A DNA stretch of 64,000 nt. Source: Candidatus Phycocordibacter aenigmaticus (lineage in GTDB: Bacteria > Patescibacteriota > Minisyncoccia > Phycocordibacterales > Phycocordibacteraceae). Position 1 is the stretch's first letter. Every line of letters begins with the position of its first letter. The stretch is from assembly GCA_045401115.1 (NCBI GenBank), contig CP174359.1, forward strand, positions 652,667 through 716,666, in the 5' to 3' direction. The notes beneath the pieces were generated by a model, which did not search any database, had not been told where the DNA came from, and was given only the letters and a program-made list of their open reading frames with translations. This document shows, in pieces, positions 11,584 to 21,410 of this stretch. Both the position numbers and the translations under genes were made by a program.

Positions 11584-13779
11584 TTATTTCGCAACACTGA
11601 CCGCTTCTTCAAGTTTAACGGAAAGTACCTTTGACACTCCATCACCGCCCATGGTCACACCATACAGAATACCCGCTCGACTCATCGTTTCTCGGTTATG
11701 GGTAATCAGCAACAGTTGCGATTTTTCAGAAAGCGCGGAGACCATATCACCATAACGACGACTATTTGCTTCGTCGAGCGCGGCATCAGTTTCATCAAGA
11801 ACTAAGAATGGTGGTGGGTTGACTGATGACATAGCAAAAATAAGCGCGATTGAGGTCAATGCACGTTCCCCTCCTGAAAGCATTACTAAACTCTTAATAC
11901 GTTTTTGGGGCACCGAAAGTGCTAGATCAACACCGGCCACCGATTGTTCTTCTTCGTTGTCATCTTTATTGTCCTGGTTAAATTCATCACTTGCTATAGC
12001 ACGTGCTTTACGAGGGGTTTCTTTTGTGAAAACAAGTTTTGCACTTCCCCCATCAAACATGAGTCCAAAAAATCGAGAAAACTCAGCATTAATGGACATA
12101 ATACCTTTTTCAAAACGAGTACTCAGCTCAGTATCCAAATCCGCAATGAGCTGTTGAAGTGAGGCTGCTGATTCTTCAAGATCTTTTATTTCCGTCTCGA
12201 GAAAACGTTCCCGCTCAGACACCTCTTCATATTCTTTAAGCACATCGTCACCACCTCCGGCGCCCGCTTCTTCGATACGCACTTTTACTTTTTGTAATGC
12301 TCGTTTTTCTTCTTCTTGTTCAGTGCGTGAGACTGATGTTGCTAACGAAGTATCCACTTCATATGTAACTGCTTGAGAACCAACAAGCACACCAACTTCA
12401 CCGAGTTCGCGTTTCAACTCTTCCTCCTCAAGCGCCAATCGTGAAAGACGGTCGTTAAGTGTTTGGACCTCATGGGCAATATCACGCTCTTTTGCTGAAA
12501 GCGTGAATAATTCACGTTCTTTCTGACGTTCTTCAGTCCGCGCCTCATCAAGCTCTTTGCGCAGCGCATCGAGTTCGTGCGTAAGCGCTGCTTCTTGTTC
12601 AGTAAGGGAACGCGCCTTTACTTCATACGTTTCCTTTTCTGCCGCAAGTTTATCAATTGATTCCGTGGCTGACGCATCATGAGTAATCAATGATCGAAGT
12701 TGTGTAAATACATTTTGAACGAAAACACGAAGTGTATCTACTGACGCTGTATGTTCTTCAAGGGATTGCTCGTGCGTATCAACCATTTCGGAAAGTGCAC
12801 TACTGGAAACCGAAGCCTCCTGTGTAGTACTACGTAATGCTTCAAGTTGTCCTGAAAGACGTGCCGCTTCTTGGGCAGCAACACTCTTACTCGCGCGCAC
12901 CGTGTCAATTTCTTCGGAGAGAGAAACTATTTTTTGTGATTGAATATTATCGGTGTTCGATGCAATAACCGCACGTGCTTCTTGTACCTGTAATCGCACC
13001 GCCTCTAGTGCTGCTTGTTTCTCTTTTTTTGCATCCGTAAGACGCGCTTTTTCAACACGTATATATGCATCTTCACGCATAAAATAGACCCGAAATTTGT
13101 CTACTGCGTCTCGTCTTAAATCTTCTGTCTTTTTGATTTTATCTACCTGACGTTTAAGAAAACGAAGATGAGGTTGTACTTCTCTACGAAGTGCCTCAAC
13201 CTGTCGTATATTCTCCTGAGTTTTTTCAAGTTTTCGAGTGCTCTCTTCTTTTTTATATTGATATACCTTCAGACCGAGTGAATCCTCAAGCATTTCCCGA
13301 CGTTCTTTGGGTGAAGCGGACAGAATTTTGTCTGCCTCACCTTGCGAAATAATATGATGACTCGATTGTCCGATATTAGCATTCGCGAGTACATTAAAAA
13401 CATCTTTAAGGCGCACCGTAGCGCCGTTAATACGATACTCATTACTTCCATCACGATTCACTACCCGCTCCACTAAAACCTCATCGAAATCAATATCAAG
13501 GAACCGCGAAGTATTATCAAATGTAAGCGCAACACTGGCACGGTTGGCACGGCCAATAGTGTTCGATCCATTCCAAATTAAATCTTCGCCACGCTTACCA
13601 CGCATTGATTTCATTGATTGCTCACCAAGCACGAAGCGTATCGCTTCGGCAACATTGGATTTTCCTGAACCGTTTGGACCTACAATCGCAACAATAGAAT
13701 TTGAAAAATCAAACGATGTTTTTTTGGCAAACGATTTGAAGCCAGATACTTCAAGCTTAGCGAGATGCATTCCACTCAT
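11584..13779 (-). CDS. smc: SMC-family ATPase, short form (731 aa)
   Basis: Walker A GPNGSGKSN, IISQG, LSGGE, LDETDAALD; coiled-coil middle. Confidence 0.88.
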   Translation of the reverse strand: MSGMHLAKLEVSGFKSFAKKTSFDFSNSIVAIVGPNGSGKSNVAEAIRFVLGEQSMKSMRGKRGEDLIWNGSNTIGRANRASVALTFDNTSRFLDIDFDEVLVERVVNRDGSNEYRINGATVRLKDVFNVLANANIGQSSHHIISQGEADKILSASPKERREMLEDSLGLKVYQYKKEESTRKLEKTQENIRQVEALRREVQPHLRFLKRQVDKIKKTEDLRRDAVDKFRVYFMREDAYIRVEKARLTDAKKEKQAALEAVRLQVQEARAVIASNTDNIQSQKIVSLSEEIDTVRASKSVAAQEAARLSGQLEALRSTTQEASVSSSALSEMVDTHEQSLEEHTASVDTLRVFVQNVFTQLRSLITHDASATESIDKLAAEKETYEVKARSLTEQEAALTHELDALRKELDEARTEERQKERELFTLSAKERDIAHEVQTLNDRLSRLALEEEELKRELGEVGVLVGSQAVTYEVDTSLATSVSRTEQEEEKRALQKVKVRIEEAGAGGGDDVLKEYEEVSERERFLETEIKDLEESAASLQQLIADLDTELSTRFEKGIMSINAEFSRFFGLMFDGGSAKLVFTKETPRKARAIASDEFNQDNKDDNEEEQSVAGVDLALSVPQKRIKSLVMLSGGERALTSIALIFAMSSVNPPPFLVLDETDAALDEANSRRYGDMVSALSEKSQLLLITHNRETMSRAGILYGVTMGGDGVSKVLSVKLEEAVSVAK

Positions 13780-13791
13780 ACCGATTCCCTA

Positions 13792-14310
13792 TTAATTTAA
13801 CCGAATGTTATACGATTCAGCGCCACCCCCACGACCTTCCCCATCTAACACACCTCCGCAAGTTACATTTCGAAATTCATCGTAATTAGCGTTTTCTGGT
13901 TTATCCATTTGACTTGCAAACAACACTGCGTAGGTTCTATTACCACAGGTATGAGAACCATCATAGTAATAATAATACGAGTCATTACTATTTGCTGCAG
14001 GGTCCGCTAAACTTCCATCAACATACGGCTCAATAAGATTGCGAAACGTCTCATTGGTAGCAATATTGCCGTTTGCACCTTCAGACTCAAGAGGAAACGT
14101 ACGGTTATCAACAAAATATAATTCGAGCGCTTTATGAATCTGCCGTAAATCAGCAACACGTCGTTTATCACGCGCGTCGAGTCTCGCATCAGTCAGTGCT
14201 GCTAAGCCTAACGAAGACAGTAATCCAATGATGGCGACAACAATAAGCAGCTCAATAATCGTAAAACCTTTTGATAAGAAATGTGAATGATTCTGTGAGT
14301 GATAACGCAT
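13792..14310 (-). CDS. Type IV pilin / pseudopilin
   Basis: Class III signal KG/FTIIELLIVVAIIGLL; ARDKRRVADL..ALELY; C-terminal Cys pair; start approximate. Confidence 0.88.
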   Translation of the reverse strand: MRYHSQNHSHFLSKGFTIIELLIVVAIIGLLSSLGLAALTDARLDARDKRRVADLRQIHKALELYFVDNRTFPLESEGANGNIATNETFRNLIEPYVDGSLADPAANSNDSYYYYYDGSHTCGNRTYAVLFASQMDKPENANYDEFRNVTCGGVLDGEGRGGGAESYNIRLN

Positions 14311-14320
14311 ATACATATAA

Positions 14321-14581
14321 TTAACGAACATAATCAGGAACCGACTCTCCGGGACGTAATTGATCTTCTCCGAGCGTTTTTGGTTCTGGGATAGATTGTG
14401 CAAATAAGTATATACTGACGCCAATTAATACCATTGCAACAACTGCTAATAATACTGCCGCATCAGACGGATTTTTAATGATTCCAGTACGCGCTAACTG
14501 ATAGGCAAATCCTTTAGGTTCGGGCCGCGCGATACTTAGATCGTTATATTCAGTATTTTCATTGAAAGTAATCTTGCTCAT
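14321..14581 (-). CDS. Small single-pass membrane protein, unknown function
   Basis: 86 aa with one hydrophobic helix; TATACT 9 nt upstream of the ATG. Confidence 0.7.
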   Translation of the reverse strand: MSKITFNENTEYNDLSIARPEPKGFAYQLARTGIIKNPSDAAVLLAVVAMVLIGVSIYLFAQSIPEPKTLGEDQLRPGESVPDYVR

Positions 14582-14645
14582 TACTCACTTAGTATACCTG
14601 CACATGAGTGAAGGCACCACAGATTTTGCCCACGGTTTCTCAACA

Positions 14646-15353
14646 CTATGCTATGTGTTTTTCCTCAGAAAGAGCGCGCGCTGCAGCTTTTTGTTCAGCG
14701 TCTTGTTTTGACCTTCCTTCACCTTTACAAATTACGATATCTCCCACTGAGAGCGAAACTATGAAATGTTTATCGTGATCAGGACCCTCGGCACGTACCA
14801 CCTCATAATGTGGTGTCATGCCGTATTTTGCTTGCGCTAATTCTTGAAACGCACTTTTAGCATCTTTCCATGCTCCTGTTTCCACCACCTCATCAATACG
14901 TGTTACCACATGCTTTGTTATAAATTGTCGAGCGGTTTCATACCCTTGATCAAGGTAAAGCGCACCAATTACCGCTTCAAAGGTATTCGCTAAAAGGCTG
15001 GTACGGGCACGTTCAAGATCTTTTGCTTCACCACGAGAAAGAAAGAGAGGTTCATGCATGGAAAGAGATTCAGCTACAGAAGCAAGCATTGAAGTGTTCA
15101 CTAACGCGGCACGATACGCTGTCAGCACCCCTTCAGGAGTCTCTGGGTAATGTTCAAAAATATAATCAGTAACCACTAACTCAAGCACTGCGTCGCCAAG
15201 AAACTCGAGACGCTCGTTGTGCTCAATTGGCATATTCGATTCGTTTACATAAGACCGGTGCGTGAAGGCGGTACGAAGTAAGTCTATATCATTAAAAGAA
15301 ACACCTATACGATTCTGGAACTCATCTAAGGCTCTCTGAGGGTTACTGTTCAT
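14646..15353 (-). CDS. rnc: Ribonuclease III
   Basis: HNERLEFLGDAVL and dsRBD (KSAFQE...SKQDAEQKAA); ATGA overlap with the nusB stop. Confidence 0.97.
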   Translation of the reverse strand: MNSNPQRALDEFQNRIGVSFNDIDLLRTAFTHRSYVNESNMPIEHNERLEFLGDAVLELVVTDYIFEHYPETPEGVLTAYRAALVNTSMLASVAESLSMHEPLFLSRGEAKDLERARTSLLANTFEAVIGALYLDQGYETARQFITKHVVTRIDEVVETGAWKDAKSAFQELAQAKYGMTPHYEVVRAEGPDHDKHFIVSLSVGDIVICKGEGRSKQDAEQKAAARALSEEKHIA

Positions 15354-16237
15354 ATACATTTCTGCTGCGCCACCACCATACCTAAATTCATGATACCGCG
15401 CAAATCTTCATAACAATCAAGTGATTCTAATTCCTCGGCAGTAAACCACTGCGCGTCAGTCACATTTTCTTCTTTTTGAATACGTAACGGGGTTTTAGCA
15501 CTGCACGCAACAAAGTATCCGACACGACGTGTGACTACACCGACATCTGGATCATGTGCTGTATATTCATGTTCACCAATAGGAGCAGTGACTTTTTTCA
15601 ACTCTATACCTAATTCCTCTTGTGCAACACGTACTGCTGCTCCGTCGGAAAGTTCTTTACCTTGATAGTGTGTCTTAGGGAGCGTCCATACATTAAACGG
15701 GTCAAGGACCAATGCTACATACAATGTGTCATTCTCAAACGAACACACCATGACACCAGCAAGATGTTCAACTTCGGTATGTTTCTTTTCTTCAGGTGCC
15801 TCTTCTTTACGTGGACTGCCCATATCACGATACACCGCCCCCAATACACCATTTATAAAACGTCCACTTGAATCTCCTCCAAATGTTTTTGCAAGTTCTA
15901 TCGCTTCATTAAGAGCTACTTTTGGAGGTACTGAAATTGATGTGCCAAAGAGAAGCTCAAATAATCCGATACGAAGAATATTCCGATCAACAGCAGCGAT
16001 TTTCTCAATTGGCCATTGCGGTGCCGCTTTACGAATAACCGCATCAATTTCACTTCGCTTTACTGTAATACCGCGTACCAACTTTAGAGAAAAAGCAGCA
16101 TCTTCATCTTCATGCGGAAGAGCAGCAGTGTTCTTTTGTAATGTTTCAGTAACAGTGTCACATGATAGGTCACCATACACATCTGCCGCAAACAGTGCTT
16201 GTAATACGCTAATACGTGAAAGATGTCGTGATGCCAT
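15350..16237 (-). CDS. nusB: NusB fused to a degenerate NUDIX-like domain
   Basis: VDRNILRIGLFEL, VALNEAIELAKTFG, FINGVLG; then WTLPK...AAVRVAQEELGI. Confidence 0.88.
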   Translation of the reverse strand: MASRHLSRISVLQALFAADVYGDLSCDTVTETLQKNTAALPHEDEDAAFSLKLVRGITVKRSEIDAVIRKAAPQWPIEKIAAVDRNILRIGLFELLFGTSISVPPKVALNEAIELAKTFGGDSSGRFINGVLGAVYRDMGSPRKEEAPEEKKHTEVEHLAGVMVCSFENDTLYVALVLDPFNVWTLPKTHYQGKELSDGAAVRVAQEELGIELKKVTAPIGEHEYTAHDPDVGVVTRRVGYFVACSAKTPLRIQKEENVTDAQWFTAEELESLDCYEDLRGIMNLGMVVAQQKCI

Positions 16238-16358
16238 AAAGAACTACTGCGGTGCGGAAAACCCGCACACATATCTCATAGCTTATAGCAAAATACCAAA
16301 AAGAAAAGCCATCTGTTACCGATGACTGTTTACTTCTCTGGAGTGAGCGTGGAGAGGA

Positions 16359-16652
16359 TTATTTCTCTTCCTTTTTTGTTTTCTTTTTTGGCGCCACTTT
16401 TTTAGTATTTTTTGGTGCTGTTTTCTCTTCTGCTTCTGCTTCAGCAACAGGCGCGTCTGTTACCTGTGTTTTTCCTTTCGTGTTTTTATCCATTACTGAA
16501 CGTCCACGATATGTGGTGCCATCAAGCAATGCACGGTGACGTGGATGAACTGAACCGCTGTTTTTTTCAACAGAAAGACGCTCGCCCTTAAGCGCATGAT
16601 GACTGCGGCGATTTTTTGTGTGTGAGCGCGTTGCGCGCATGCGTACTACCAT
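16359..16652 (-). CDS. rpmF: 50S ribosomal protein L32, Cys-less, with charged tail
   Basis: RATRSHTKNRRSHHAL...HPRHR...TYRGRSV. Confidence 0.85.
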   Translation of the reverse strand: MVVRMRATRSHTKNRRSHHALKGERLSVEKNSGSVHPRHRALLDGTTYRGRSVMDKNTKGKTQVTDAPVAEAEAEEKTAPKNTKKVAPKKKTKKEEK

Positions 16653-16661
16653 ATGGCGAGA

Positions 16662-16690
16662 ATATTACATGAAAAGGCGCATAATAGCAA
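16662..16690 (-). promoter_or_regulatory. sigma70-type promoter of rpmF
   Basis: TTGCTA-17 nt-TAATAT. Confidence 0.55.
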
Positions 16691-16710
16691 CTCCTACAGC
16701 GCACCTCTCA

Positions 16711-17004
16711 TTAATTTACCTTATGAGCATATTCAGACCTTTTAGCGTGCACGTACTCATTCATTAAATGGTCCATAGAAGGACCGAGGAAATATGCACG
16801 CGCAGACCATATACCTCCTAGTGTTACTGCGCCGCCACCTATTTTTAAGAGATCAAGAGGACCAAAATCCGGCCCATCAATAGATTCATATACGAGATAC
16901 AGTAAGAGACCTGAAAGTGCGAGCAATAACGCCTTACTGCTTTCAGTTTTATGTGTCATCTCCTCAGACACCCGCTCAGGTGAACGAATAATTTCCTGCT
17001 TCAT
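16711..17004 (-). CDS. Hypothetical membrane protein
   Basis: 97 aa, two hydrophobic segments, fills the intergenic gap. Confidence 0.6.
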   Translation of the reverse strand: MKQEIIRSPERVSEEMTHKTESSKALLLALSGLLLYLVYESIDGPDFGPLDLLKIGGGAVTLGGIWSARAYFLGPSMDHLMNEYVHAKRSEYAHKVN

Positions 17005-17032
17005 AATTTGAATAGTAATGTCTTATGCTTAC

Positions 17033-17464
17033 TTATTCATCATCAGGACCCATTTCCTTAATGAAGTCATTTAATACACTTTCGGTAGAAACTGCAAGGA
17101 TTTCTAGTAATTCTTTCTGATCAAAATTTGCATTAAAAAAGGCCGCAACTGCTGGTAGATCTGGTTTTCCCCCGCCACCCTGCGCTGCCTCCACTGTTCC
17201 CATCAGTTCTTCACGTTGTTCGTCGGTCATCTTCTCACTGAGTCGCACTAAAAGGTCGGCACCAACTGCTTCCATTAATTTTTGTTCTACCTCTTTACGG
17301 TCCCTATCAGGGATACGCAATTCGTTCAACGTCTCATCAATACGTTGGTAAATACCCATTACCTGTCCAGCAAGCTCTTTCTGTGCAGCATCGGCTTGTG
17401 GTGCAGCGTCAGCTTCTTCTACCGTATCAACATCATTATTGTGGTGATTATTTGTGTCATTCAT
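17033..17464 (-). CDS. Hypothetical acidic helical protein
   Basis: 143 aa ORF co-oriented with its neighbours. Confidence 0.7.
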   Translation of the reverse strand: MNDTNNHHNNDVDTVEEADAAPQADAAQKELAGQVMGIYQRIDETLNELRIPDRDRKEVEQKLMEAVGADLLVRLSEKMTDEQREELMGTVEAAQGGGGKPDLPAVAAFFNANFDQKELLEILAVSTESVLNDFIKEMGPDDE

Positions 17465-17507
17465 ATAGCACTACTATGCTCTAAGCGTTTCAAAAAGTCA
17501 AAAGATA

Positions 17508-18110
17508 TTACGTAATTGTCTTTGTTTTAAGCCATGTTTTCCTATGAAGAGGGCACGCACCGTGCAGAGTGATTGCTTCATAATGCGCTTTCGTTCCATA
17601 ACCTTTGTGTCGTTCAAAACCATATTCCGGATATTGAATTGCGTGGCGCTCCATCTCCCTGTCACGCTCAGTCTTTGCAAAAACACTTGCAAGCATTATG
17701 GAAAGCTCTTTTTGGTCGCCTTTAATTATTGTTTGTTGATGTACATACCCTATTGGTGCCTTAAGTGAACCATCAAGACGTACATCACACACTTTTGGGT
17801 CTATGGCGAGCGCGGTAAGCGCTTCTGTCACCGCTAATTCTAATGCTGGTACAATACCCTTTTCATCAATATCGTTTGCTGGAACAGCGTGCACTCCTAC
17901 ACGCAGCTCACCTCTTTCTCGTCTTTCATCTATAATTGCGCGCAAGGTATCACGTTTTTTGGGTGTCAGTTTTTTTGAATCATTAATACCAGGGAAATCA
18001 GATACTGAAAACGTTTTGTTTAACCCAACCGCTGCAACCATAACAGGTCCTGCAATAGGACCACGGCCGACTTCATCTATTCCAATAATAATACGTGCTG
18101 TTGTGTTCAT
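17508..18110 (-). CDS. rnhB: Ribonuclease HII
   Basis: GIDEVGRGPIAGP, DSKKL, IIKGD, HKGYGT, HRKTW. Confidence 0.96.
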   Translation of the reverse strand: MNTTARIIIGIDEVGRGPIAGPVMVAAVGLNKTFSVSDFPGINDSKKLTPKKRDTLRAIIDERRERGELRVGVHAVPANDIDEKGIVPALELAVTEALTALAIDPKVCDVRLDGSLKAPIGYVHQQTIIKGDQKELSIMLASVFAKTERDREMERHAIQYPEYGFERHKGYGTKAHYEAITLHGACPLHRKTWLKTKTIT

Positions 18111-18166
18111 AATAGTTTTCCCTAGCAGAGAGTGGATGAGCGCGGTAAGCTATAGGTATTAGATAT

Positions 18167-21100
18167 ATGGAACTCACCCACCTCTCAGTACACTCACACT
18201 ATAGCCTACTTAATGGATTACCACAGATTGATGTGTTGGTGACACAAGCAAAAAAAGATGGGATGAACGCACTCGCGCTTACCGACCGCAACAATCTGTA
18301 TGGCGCTATTGAATTCTATAAAACGTGTACTAAGAATGACATTAAACCCATTATCGGTGTTGACTTAGATATTGACCTTGGTGTGCGTACGCGCCTTATT
18401 CTCCTTGCTGAAAACAATACCGGCTATCAGAATCTACTACCATTAGTATCAGATGCGCATATTGCACATAAAGGCGATCCGCACGCTACACGTGAGAGTT
18501 TAATGCAGTATAGCGAAGGGTTGATAGTGCTGATTCCAGGCGACGCTTTTGCTGCCGGTGGCATAACACTCGCAAAGGCGGTGCAAGAAATATTTCCAAA
18601 AGAAGCAATATATGCGCGGGCGGAATGGAGCAGTAGTGAATCTGAGCGCGCTCAACATCGCGCATTAGCTATTGAAGCAGGTATCCCATTTATCGCTTCA
18701 GATGATATTTTTTATATTAACTCCGAGGATAGTAACGCCCGAGAAATTGTACGAAAAATTGCCGACCCGGGCGCAGAACCTGATCCTAAAGACCGGACGT
18801 TTATTGATTTAAAAACATTTAAAGAGCGTTATCGAGAACAACCAGACGCACTTGAAAATATACATACTGTTATTGAGCGCACCTCAGTAACATTAGAATT
18901 GGGTTCATGGACATTCCCCGACTTCCCTATTCCAAAAGACACAACGTACGAAGATGAATTACGACGCGCCACCGAAGAAGGTCTGGTTGAGCGTGGTATG
19001 GAAAAAACAAAAGAAGTAGAAGAGCGGCTCGAATATGAACTCTCGGTTATCAACACTAAAGGGTTCGCACCATACTTCCTTGCAGTGGCCGACCTTCTTA
19101 ATTTTGCCAAAGAACACGACATTCTTACCACCACGCGCGGCTCTGCTGCCGGCTCGTTGGTTTCCTACCTCACCGGTATTACCAATATTGACCCAATTAA
19201 ATACAAACTCCCATTTGAGCGTTTTTTAAACCCAGAACGTCCAAAAGCGCCGGACATCGATATGGACTTTGCCGATAGTAAGCGCGACCAGGTAATTGAA
19301 TATGCGCGACAAAAATACGGCATTGAGAGTGTGGCACAAATCGGTACGTTCGGAACACTTATGGCACGCGCTGCGGTACGCGATGTTGCCCGTGCCCTTG
19401 GATACCCATATGGCGTTGGTGATCGTATCGCAAAACTTATTCCTTTTGGAAGTCAGGGTTTTCCTATGACTATTGAAAAGGCACTCGAGATAGAAGAAGA
19501 TTTACGACGCCTTTACCAATCTGATGAAGACGTAGAAATTATTATTAATACTGCGCGTAAAGTAGAAGGAAATGCCCGACATATGGGTGTGCATGCTGCC
19601 GGTGTGGTTATCGCGGCCGGACCAGCAACTGCTTTTACACCGCTTCAATGGGATCCACATGGAGAATCAATTGTTACTCAATACGATATGCACGCTGTTG
19701 AGGATGCCGGGCTTCTTAAGTTTGACTTTCTTGGTTTAAAAAACCTTTCAGTACTCGGAGATGCCATTGAACGCGTGCGCACACGCAAAAAAGAAGAAGT
19801 GGATATTGAAAATATTCCACTTGATGACCCTGCGGTTTTTGCCATACTCGCTCGCGGCGAAACAGAAGGTGTATTCCAACTCGGTGGCGCCGGTATGACT
19901 CGTTATCTCAAAGAACTCGCACCAACATCTATTGATGATATTAACGCTATGGTTGCGCTCTACCGACCTGGACCCATGGAATCAATCCCGCAATATATTG
20001 CACGTAAACGAAATCCTGAATTAATTACGTATCCGGATCAACGCCTTGAGAAGATTCTTGACCGATCGTATGGAATTATCACCTACCAAGACGATGTCTT
20101 GCTCACTGCTATTACACTTGCTGGATATACTTGGCTTGAAGCCGATATCCTACGTAAAGCAATGGGTAAAAAAATTCCGGCAGAAATGGAAGCCCAAAAA
20201 GAAAAATTTATCGACGGATGTGTTGATTATGGAAAACTTTCTGTTGCAAAAGCCGAATCAATATGGAAATTGATTGAGCCGTTCGCAGCGTATGGATTCA
20301 ATAAAGCACACGCTGCCAGCTATGGTATGGTTGCCTACCAAACCGCATACATGAAAGCCCATCACACCGCTGATTATATGGCTTCACTCATGTCCGCTGA
20401 TTCAGGTAATACTGAAAAAATTGCCATTCATGTTGCTGAATGTGTTCGACTCGGTATTGATGTACTCCCTCCTGATGTGAACGAGTGTTTTATTGACTTC
20501 ACTGTAGTGGATGAAAAAACAATTCGTTTTGGACTTGGTTCCATAAAGAACTTTGGTGGCGTCGCGGCAAAAGCAATTATTGAAGAGCGCACCGCGAATG
20601 GTCCCTTCACTGGTGTGGGTGATTTTGCATTTCGCATGGACAGCGGCAGTGTGAATAAACGTGGCATTGAAGCGCTGATCAAGGCAGGAGCTTTTGACCG
20701 ATTTGGTGACCGTACCGATATGATTGCGCATATGGACGAGATTTTGGCAGCACAAAGCCGTAAAAGCACCGCACCGGAAAACCAAGCAGCGCTCTTTACT
20801 TTTGAAGCAAAAGCTCCAGAAATCTCTATTAAGACTACCGACGAGACGTCACTTGCGGACAAGCTTGAGTGGGAAAAATCGCTACTCGGTATTTATGTAT
20901 CCGGACATCCTGTTGACCGCTTTAAAGAAGAATTGGCAGCGTATCCTGACTCAATAGCAAATGCTATTGCCGATGAACGAAAAGGGTTCCCGCAAATCAT
21001 TGGTGGCGTAATTGATACCGCAAAACTTATTTTGACCAAAAAAGGTGATCGTATGGGTTTCTTTACTATCTCTGACCGCACTCACTCAATAGAAGCAGTG

Positions 21101-21232
21101 GTGTTTCCAAAAACGTATCAGGAGGTAAAAGATATACTAACCGAAGGCACATGTATTCTTGCTAAAGGTAAAATATCATACCGCAATGACGAGCCATCGC
21201 TACTTATTGATAAGGTCAAAAAACTTGGGTAG
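18167..21232 (+). CDS. dnaE: DNA polymerase III alpha subunit
   Basis: HLSVHSHYSLL PHP domain, RGSAAGSLV, PDIDMDF, YGFNKAHA, C-terminal OB fold. Confidence 0.97.
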   Translation: MELTHLSVHSHYSLLNGLPQIDVLVTQAKKDGMNALALTDRNNLYGAIEFYKTCTKNDIKPIIGVDLDIDLGVRTRLILLAENNTGYQNLLPLVSDAHIAHKGDPHATRESLMQYSEGLIVLIPGDAFAAGGITLAKAVQEIFPKEAIYARAEWSSSESERAQHRALAIEAGIPFIASDDIFYINSEDSNAREIVRKIADPGAEPDPKDRTFIDLKTFKERYREQPDALENIHTVIERTSVTLELGSWTFPDFPIPKDTTYEDELRRATEEGLVERGMEKTKEVEERLEYELSVINTKGFAPYFLAVADLLNFAKEHDILTTTRGSAAGSLVSYLTGITNIDPIKYKLPFERFLNPERPKAPDIDMDFADSKRDQVIEYARQKYGIESVAQIGTFGTLMARAAVRDVARALGYPYGVGDRIAKLIPFGSQGFPMTIEKALEIEEDLRRLYQSDEDVEIIINTARKVEGNARHMGVHAAGVVIAAGPATAFTPLQWDPHGESIVTQYDMHAVEDAGLLKFDFLGLKNLSVLGDAIERVRTRKKEEVDIENIPLDDPAVFAILARGETEGVFQLGGAGMTRYLKELAPTSIDDINAMVALYRPGPMESIPQYIARKRNPELITYPDQRLEKILDRSYGIITYQDDVLLTAITLAGYTWLEADILRKAMGKKIPAEMEAQKEKFIDGCVDYGKLSVAKAESIWKLIEPFAAYGFNKAHAASYGMVAYQTAYMKAHHTADYMASLMSADSGNTEKIAIHVAECVRLGIDVLPPDVNECFIDFTVVDEKTIRFGLGSIKNFGGVAAKAIIEERTANGPFTGVGDFAFRMDSGSVNKRGIEALIKAGAFDRFGDRTDMIAHMDEILAAQSRKSTAPENQAALFTFEAKAPEISIKTTDETSLADKLEWEKSLLGIYVSGHPVDRFKEELAAYPDSIANAIADERKGFPQIIGGVIDTAKLILTKKGDRMGFFTISDRTHSIEAVVFPKTYQEVKDILTEGTCILAKGKISYRNDEPSLLIDKVKKLG

Positions 21233-21262
21233 TTGCAGTGTTTTTTAGGGTATGCTCTAATG

Positions 21263-21376
21263 ACTCTAAGTGTCGGTGTTGCTTTGCAGCATCGGAAGCT
21301 CGGTGGAACCGCGGTTGAGCACAATCGTCCGAGCATGGTAAAAGAATCTCATCTTTTACCATGCTCGGACTTTTTT
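21263..21376 (+). promoter_or_regulatory. T-box-like leader of thrS (antiterminator plus terminator)
   Basis: CTCGG-TGGAACC-GCG...CGT-CCGAG (21299-21333) overlaps terminator GTCCGAGCATGGTAAAAGA/TCTTTTACCATGCTCGGAC-TTTTTT (21327-21376). Confidence 0.8.
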
Positions 21377-21410
21377 AATTCTTTAGAAATTATTCTTAAC
21401 CACCACCTCT

